Made by a program: the position numbers and the translations under genes. From Orbicella franksi (taxonomy: Eukaryota): a stretch of 64,000 nucleotides of DNA. The DNA lies in NCBI GenBank assembly GCA_964199315.1, contig OZ116698.1, forward strand, positions 20,088,001 through 20,152,000, given 5' to 3'. The notes beneath the pieces are model-generated. The model had not been told where the DNA came from. It saw only the letters and a list, made by a program, of their open reading frames with translations, and searched no databases. Shown in pieces: positions 56,413 to 64,000 of this stretch. The stretch's first letter is position 1. Each line of letters opens with the position of its first letter.

Positions 56413-59400
56413 GTAAGTCAGATCGTAGGCAATCTACAGAAAATTTGAACGTTTTTCTTTCGTTCAAGGTCAAAAGATGTTGATGACGATATTATATCCG
56501 GAAATTGTGTTTGTGTATTTTTCGTCAACACAAAGATATTTTACGTAAACAAATCCCTTGAGAAACACGGTCATTTTCTAAGTAGTAAGTTTAAGGTCTT
56601 ATATTGAGATCTAAATCGCGATCTTTCTGACATTGAACGAACTAATTTTTTTGACGGTTTAGACAGGTGTAAACAAAAGACGTGTTAATTATTCTAATAA
56701 TTGCTGCCAGACTTTGGTAAAATAAAAATTTATGCTTTCATGTAAAGAGTCTACAGTTGCAGTTTGGGTTTTGTCCAGAGTTAAACTGCTTAATGATTAA
56801 TCACAATAAAACCTGAATTTTTCGGGCGATCAGTCCTTTCTTAAAACCAAGGAAAATTGTTAAACAGCTGGTAAAATTTTTAACGATTTACAAAAGCAAG
56901 GGAACTGAAACCCATTTAAAAAAAATAATTCTAACACCTTTGGTATGCCTTATGAAAACAAGAAAAGCATTGTTGTTTGGTTAAGCTGTAGACCAACAAT
57001 AAACTTTTCTAATTCCTTACTACAGAGTTAGTTAGGTGCTATTATTTTGTGTCCTTGTGGTATTCTTTATTAAAATATAAACCTGCTCCTAGAAAATTGC
57101 TTCGAAACCGTTGTAAATATTTTATTATCAGTTTTCTTAGGGAGTTTTTTTTTCATGAGTAGTTTTCACCACGGATTTTCTCAGGAGGTTCTTAACAATG
57201 CAATGTAAATTGAAAATTCCATGTACTAAAGTTGCAATTATTATTTTACTAAATTCTTCAGTTACATTCTAAAAGGAACGTTAACATGTAAGTGAAATAG
57301 GTAACGCCCTTGACCTTCATCTTAATTGTGACACCAGGCAGTGTAGTTTCACTTATGTACCAATTTTTTTGCTGCGTTTCTCTTACTATCTATTCCCTGT
57401 TTGTCCTTTGAAATGCTATTCATACTATTTTAATTTGGACAGTCAAACAAGAATGATGATTAGTCTGCAAGCAGGTGTTTTGAAATGGCTTGTTTATTTT
57501 GGTCCCAGAAAAGAAGTGAAAATAGTGTTTTTGTCATAAATTAATTGCCTTCCTGTGCTTGAAGTTTTCTATACTATACATGTTTTTCCTGCCTGTCTTT
57601 TGTAACAATTTAAAACATGATTAAATAGGACTTGAATGCAAAGCATGGTCTCCATGTTGTTGTTAATATGTGCAAATCAGTCGCAAACATTGCCAACCTA
57701 ATTTCTTTCAGTTTTACAACATCCAGATGCAGGGTTAACACAAAGTGTTGATGTAGGTGGCTCGATAACAATTGCCAATGGTTTCATTAATGTTTTCAGC
57801 AGGAGGGTAATTGGTCTTCACAGGCAGGCAAAACTTTTTGAAATGAAATTCTTCATAAGAAAAACTTTCCTCTAGATGGTCAAACCAGGTGGGCAATTAA
57901 ATCGTCCTCATGTGCCCAGCGCTGTATGAAGCTACTGCAATTGCTAGTCTAGGTGGCTTATTTTACCATTTTTTAGCTGCCTGAGGTCACAAAGTAGACA
58001 GTGACTGACTGTCTCACATTCAAACTTATGCAAAGTTCATTGTCCCACAATCTGAATGAGGTGGTTTGCTTCTTACCTTTTTCCAGGTTTGAATATTAGG
58101 GTGATTTTTTTAAAAGAGGGCCTCCCAGGGGTTTTGGGCAACAAGAGAACATGATCGTTTTATTTCAAGGGAACAAAGTGTATTTTTGGGATGAATTTGA
58201 GAGAACAAGGGGTATCTCTACTACTAAAGGGAAGCTTGGCAATTAATTTCCTAGGGATCAAGGGAGCATGTTACCTCCCTTGGGAAGCCTTCAAAAAAAA
58301 TAACTATGGTCACATTCCTATCGAATGGGTGAGGTCGGCTGGATGGAAAAATATTTTGCTCAAGGTCAGGACCCACAGACCTTGTTTTGCTTGGTCCATA
58401 AGTCCTGACCTTGAGCCAAATATTTCCAGTCTGGCCCTTCCACCCAGTTAATAAGTAGAGAGACACCTTTAGTTGAAAGTAAAAATCCAAAGGTAAAAAT
58501 TTCAGGGTAGTCCCTTCAGGGAGCTTACAAAGCATCTCTATCTATTTTAAAAATAGGTCTCCTATTGATAGCAGAGATGCTTTGTAAGCTCCCTGGAACC
58601 ATGAATTGTTTACAAACTGAAGTGCACGTGCTTGTTGTGACTTGGTGTGACGTTGCAAAATTAATAATGTGCACAGTAAGGACAGGCAGTAACAATGGGC
58701 CTGAAGGTCCTAAGGAATAATATCTAGAGTAATGCTAAAGAAATAGAGAATGACCGTAAAGAAATTGCATGCACATATTTTTTTCTAACCTTTTTTAACA
58801 TGGTGCTGCTGCTTCTAAGCTGAGATGTTAAGAGCTGGATATGAGCTGGAGGCCACAGGAAGGAATAGACTGAAGACTGACTTGTTGTTGACTTTTGATA
58901 AAGTTGTGATTTCTTCTTTTGTGAGAAGTGTCTAGACATACATGTAGTTTCTTTCTGTGCTTTCAGAGTAAGATGGCAACTGAAGTGTTTTCTGAAAACA
59001 AAATTTTGCAACAAAAAAATTGTTTCAGGGCCATACATGTTTTTCTGGCCCTATCACTTTGACACATATGGCCCTCATACAGGACCTTTTTCCTTGTGGT
59101 TTTTCAAAGAAAAAACAAAAAACACACACACACCAGGCCCTAGAGATCATATGATAAAGTTGATCAATTAAAGCACATTTTAGAGCAGTTTCAATCTCCA
59201 GTTGTGTTTTCTCTATTTCTCATGCTGACATTACAGGGTATATGTTTTGTATTGAACAAATTTTGGTTCTCAGTTTCCTCCAGATCCTGAAGCCTCTCCT
59301 GCAGATGTGTCTTTTACAGGTGATTTCTCTGTATTGCATTGCGGATCCTTACTGCACAGAATATCGTGCACAATTTCTTTGCATGTGCACATAAACAAAA

Positions 59401-60161
59401 TGGTTGTTTTTTTTTTCTAAACGGTTTAGCTTGTGAGAGAGACAAATTATTATTATTTTTTTTTTTGGAAACAAGTACCGGGACCTATTGAGTTTCTCAT
59501 TTAGTTTGAATGCAGCGATCACCTTCTATATGTTATCTTCTATATCATCTGTATGTTATTTGCCGGCTGGAAGGTCCATATAGTGAAAATATGTCACTGA
59601 GGTCTTAGTTTTTCACTATACAGACCAACCCTAAACCGGTAAATAACATGTTTTTTTTTTTCATGTAGTAAATTGATTTTAATTACAAATGGGTTTATCT
59701 ATGTAACTTTGTCATTGAATCGGCTTGCGCACCATCTGCTAACAATTTGTCATCGCAACGAGCGAGTAACCCGGATTCTAGACAAAGAAAGATGTATTAA
59801 AGAACAGATTTATTCCGGACCGCTGAGAAGCTGGAGAAAAAATAAAGAGATACATTTCTATTGCAGAGTAAAAAATTATCACTAAAAATGAGAGCACAGC
59901 TAACACTCGTAAATAATATAATATATGGCCTCAAGAAAGCTGCGTACTTGGAACATACTGAATCCCTGTTGACTAAATATGGACGCCTCTATCATGAAAC
60001 GTACATCAAATTTCTCCTACATTTCTGTCGTCATTTCCTTGTATGCTTTACAATGGAACAAACATGGCCAAACCTTTTTATGTCAAACAGACACCTCCTT
60101 AATATGGACACTCAGCTCTATACTTTTTTCTGCATTGGCTTGATGACATTTCTTCCATTAA

Positions 60162-60773
60162 CCCATTGACGTCTGTGCTGGCCATAACCGGCTGTGACGA
60201 ACGTTGGCCTTTGTTCCACTTCTGAGGTCATCACCTTTCACCAAGACTGGCATCACTTATACTCAAGTTCTGCAGGAGGAAAAGATCTTTCTATTGATAG
60301 CCAGATCAGAGTGATTGGGTCAATTTAGCATGAAATATGCATGGAAGTCTTTGAAAATTTGAGTGAACTCAACTCTCAACCACACTTAATTACTTTGTGC
60401 AAAGAATTTCCCGTCTCAACGATGCTTTCTCAGCAAATCTTACACTGGAAGTAAGCCCAGTAGAAGGTCTGAACAACTGCAGCAAAAAGATAAGAAGGGG
60501 AGAAAAAGGAAAGGTGAAAAAAAAAAAAAAAAATAATAATAATAATAGTGAAACGCCTAAAAGCGCATGTCGCAAACTCAAAATTTTGATTTGTGCCCAT
60601 GCCCGAGCAAAAATGTCCTAAAACGTGGTGTTAGATGAAAGAAAGGCATGCTTTTATGTTGGAAATGCATTTTTGAGTAGATTGGAGCTGCTTCTGCTCA
60701 TATCCAGACTGAAATTGCCTAAAAGTGTCCCAAAACAAGATATTTTTGACAAAAAGCTCTAGAAGTCAATGGG
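60162..60773. mobile_element. piggyBac-like non-autonomous element (duplicate of 35771-36382)
   Basis: TTAA TSD and CCCATTGAC TIRs. Confidence 0.85.
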
Positions 60774-60852
60774 TTAATTTGTGCACTTGCTCACGTAGTT
60801 GATTTTCTTATTTGAGCAATCAATTTTAGCCCCATTGTGTAACCCCTAAAAA

Positions 60853-62385
60853 GTAAGTAATTCACCTCATCAAATGCCATAAGGTGCTCTATTATTGTCT
60901 CTGTTAAAACATCGCAGTAATGCGACTAATGCAACAATTTGCATCAATGTCAACACTCCTCGAAAACGTATAGTTATGAGGCAAATACCGGATACAGTTA
61001 CTTCTAATTACTCAAAAAGATACTTGGTTTAAAATGCTGGGTTTGTAGAAGCTCTAACGTTAAACTTTTAACTGGACTTGTCTTTTGAGCGCATTTTATT
61101 ATTGTAAGCTTATAACGGCAGTATTTAAGACACTCCATCATAATACTGCCTTGTTTGAAATCATTTTTTCTGTCATTCATTAAATCGACTTGCCAGCTTC
61201 CTTTTATAGTATTAAGTTGCCGCTCGCAAATATGAATTGAAAAGAATTGAGAAAGCGAGGCATAAATCCCAGTAGTTCAACCCATGAGAAGTAAAAAAGT
61301 TTCTTGTTTAGAAACATGCTTGAATAAGCAGAAGAGCGAACTCATAAAAAACCGGACAGTTATATATGCAAATTTAGAAGCGTTCTGCCGATACTTCTCA
61401 GCAGTCCCGAGTCAGTAGAGCCCTGCATGTGTCGTTCAAGGACGTAATATGGTAAAAAGAAACATTGTGAAAGGAGCTTGGTCAGTTGAGAGATACGTGA
61501 TGGAAAACAGACAAAGAATTTCCTTTCAGCAACGGATGTATGTTTACGAAACAGATGGTGACCCCATAACGGCATGCTTCAAGTTATACAACAATGCGCA
61601 TTACAGACAATTTCTTTTAATATCTTTTTCGTTTGTTCACTGTTAACACGGAGGTGTATCTGGTTTACTCACAATGAAATTGTAAACCCTTTCTGCATCT
61701 AGCCCAAAGTCGTGTCTGATACCACAATTCGATCCACTTGCGGACTTAACAAATAAAAACTCCCGATGGTAGCTAAAATATTCGGGAATATTGTCTGCAG
61801 TCAAGAGCTATACTCGGGGTTACGATATATGGTGGTTCCTCAGTGGAACAATTCATTATGGATGGGGAAAGAACCACATACATCATGAACATGGATCGTT
61901 AGTTTCAACGTCCAAGTTTTTTTTCTTTAATTCGTAACCGTGTTTTTGGCCATGCAAAATCATGGCCAACCTCAGTAACAAATAAGGCTTGTTTTTATCT
62001 TCGAATTCGTGTTATCAAAATATTCGCAGTTTCTTCCATTATTCAAGTATATTGAGCGATCTGGTTCTGGTTTGTTCTGTTCTTTGGATTGAAAATTTGT
62101 TTTCCATGTGAATTTATTTAGCAAATTAAAAATTCCGTTATCAGGAATAATAATATTTCCATATGCATGTGGATTTTTCTTCAATCATTAGATTTTTACA
62201 AGGAACCGTGTTGAAAACCATTAACATTTTAACGTCCATCTCATTTGTTTTTTGTTTGATAGAAAGCTTTTGAAAAATTGATCAGGAAAAAGCAAGAAGT
62301 TACAAGTAATGGTGCTTTGTTGTCATCCATCGAAGAATCTTTGAGAGAAAACATCGAATTGCTTGGAAATGGAGTTGATATCTAG
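60853..62385 (+). pseudogene. B4: B intron plus intact exon 2 (62263-62385), exon 1 missing
   Basis: Duplicate of 36463-37995. Confidence 0.8.
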
Positions 62386-62506
62386 TTCAGAAATTGGCAC
62401 TACACTATGCGACAGGTTCATTAAGATTCATGTGATTCTGATTTATTAAGGACCCATTAAGTTTCGTTAACGTTAATACAACTAGGCTGTTCAGCCTAGT
62501 TTCTAC

Positions 62507-62652
62507 CCCCTCTCTTGGACTGCCGCCTTGCCGTGGTGGAGGGGCTTGTGTGTTTCTATGATCCTGAGAGCTTAGCCGGTGGAGGCGTCGCCTCTGGCAG
62601 GTACAACCAAACCGGAAAGATCAACGGGAAGACACCAGACCAAAGTGCAATC
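62507..62652 (+). ncRNA. HDV-like ribozyme fold, copy 4
   Basis: Duplicate of 38117-38262. Confidence 0.65.
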
Positions 62653-64000
62653 ACTAAGTCCATACCCAGTTGTATGACAAGAGCTTATACCCTTGTGTTC
62701 GTCACAATGGATATCAGTGGACTTTTATATTAATGTATCATAACATGTATTGAAATAGATTGTGTTATATTGCTATATTGTACTGTACTGTAGTGTATAT
62801 ACTGTATTGTACTGCAGTACATATTGCACTATACTGTATCATATTGCTGTATAATTGCCACTTGCCTGAAAGATTTTCTTCTAGAAAATGTAAAAAGGAA
62901 AACATAGAAATGTAACAAACTGAAACAAGGTTCATTTAATCATTATTTTTGTCATCCGTACTAAAGGCCACACCGTTCAAGTTGGAGCGATGGGAAGAGC
63001 GAGTACGTAGATGAACTCTCCTTTCCTGGGTTCTCGTTAAAGGTCCCTTTCGAAGATAGACTCCTGTGTCCTGAACAAGATACGATATCAATTTCGATGC
63101 GAGGTGTTAATAAATGTCTTATTCTTAACGCACTTGTCTCGATCATCATGAAACAATGGCCGAACATTTTGTTTGAAAGCTAAAGTCAAACGTCACTGAT
63201 CACTTTAGTAACAAAATATATACCACGCAAAAATTGCCATTTCTTCCCCCCTTTTTTGTTTGTCCCACACCTTCATTTAGATCAAAGGTGAAAATATGGT
63301 AGCCCTTTTATGGACTTGATAATTAACCTGCTAAAGAAACTGTACATTTAATTTTGAATCTCGGCTTACATAGCAGCTGTAACCATTGAAACTGTCAGTA
63401 GGCTGGTAAGAGCACTTGGTTGAAAGGCTTGCTCTCATGCCGAAGACGGAGTTGATCTTCATAAAAATTTATTCCATCTTCCCCTCTTTTGAACTCTTCT
63501 GCTACGTTTACGTTTTGTCTTTGCTGTTAGTTACCAACTTAAAAAGCTAGTTTTAACGTTTCCTTACCTCTAGAGATTTCCAATAACGCAAAAAAATAAC
63601 TACTTAATGTAACCAAATGCTATAATTCTGAGTTTTTATCATGCATGGTGTATGATGACATGCTTCTAAAGGTTCACCATATCGATAACTTTCAGCGTTG
63701 GGAATTTCATAAACGATTTCTTTTTAACGACAAGAATTCGAGAAGAAGTTTCTTCATACAAGCCAAATAAAAATTATAAGTGACCATGTTTCCTTAATTC
63801 TTCTAAAACGTCCCTAGAAGGCCTGTTGGATCCGACAGTGGCAGGTACATATAATATAATACTTCATATAATACTTCAGATTCATTCAGCGCAAAACTGC
63901 TTCAGTAACGGATGAACTGCAACCTCTCTGAAGAAGCCTCTCTTTATTTTTTTCTTGCTTCTTGTTTTTGTCGTTTCTGTTTTTTCTTCGGTTTATGGTT

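Noticed and set aside
57430-59330. Several short AG...GT segments as possible AKNA-like downstream exons
   Set aside because: No recognisable homology and inconsistent frames between the duplicate copies; cannot be supported without RNA data.
60830-60852. 23-nt micro-exon creating an in-frame AKNA-B chimera
   Set aside because: The frame needed to join B exon 2 contains TAA, and AKNA exon 1 ends in phase 2.

Overview
Eukaryotic (animal) genomic DNA with GT-AG introns. The repeat families and gene content point to a stony coral or other cnidarian (inference). The window is a tandemly duplicated, transposon-rich cluster of an unusual gene family whose proteins read as an N-terminal death effector domain (DED) fused to a Bcl-2-like fold. 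They show BH4/BH3/BH1/BH2-like segments, a phase-0 intron at the same BH2 position as in BCL2/BCL2L1, and no C-terminal transmembrane tail. Two divergent subfamilies occur: A on the minus strand and B on the plus strand. There are about 10 loci: three complete genes (B2, A2, A3), one intact exon 1 whose exon 2 lies outside the window (A1), and six pseudogenes or orphan exons. Every B last exon is followed by an RTE-type HDV-like ribozyme fold (4 copies). Also present: two dienelactone-hydrolase-family genes (one intact, one disrupted), an AKNA-domain first exon, a near-complete Ngaro-type tyrosine-recombinase retrotransposon, a TIR element carrying a captured GPCR fragment, a Penelope fragment with a minimal hammerhead, several MITEs/SINEs, a 4.7-kb GTAGTG/GCAGTG array and three minisatellites. 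All domain calls are by-eye motif alignments; no searches were run.
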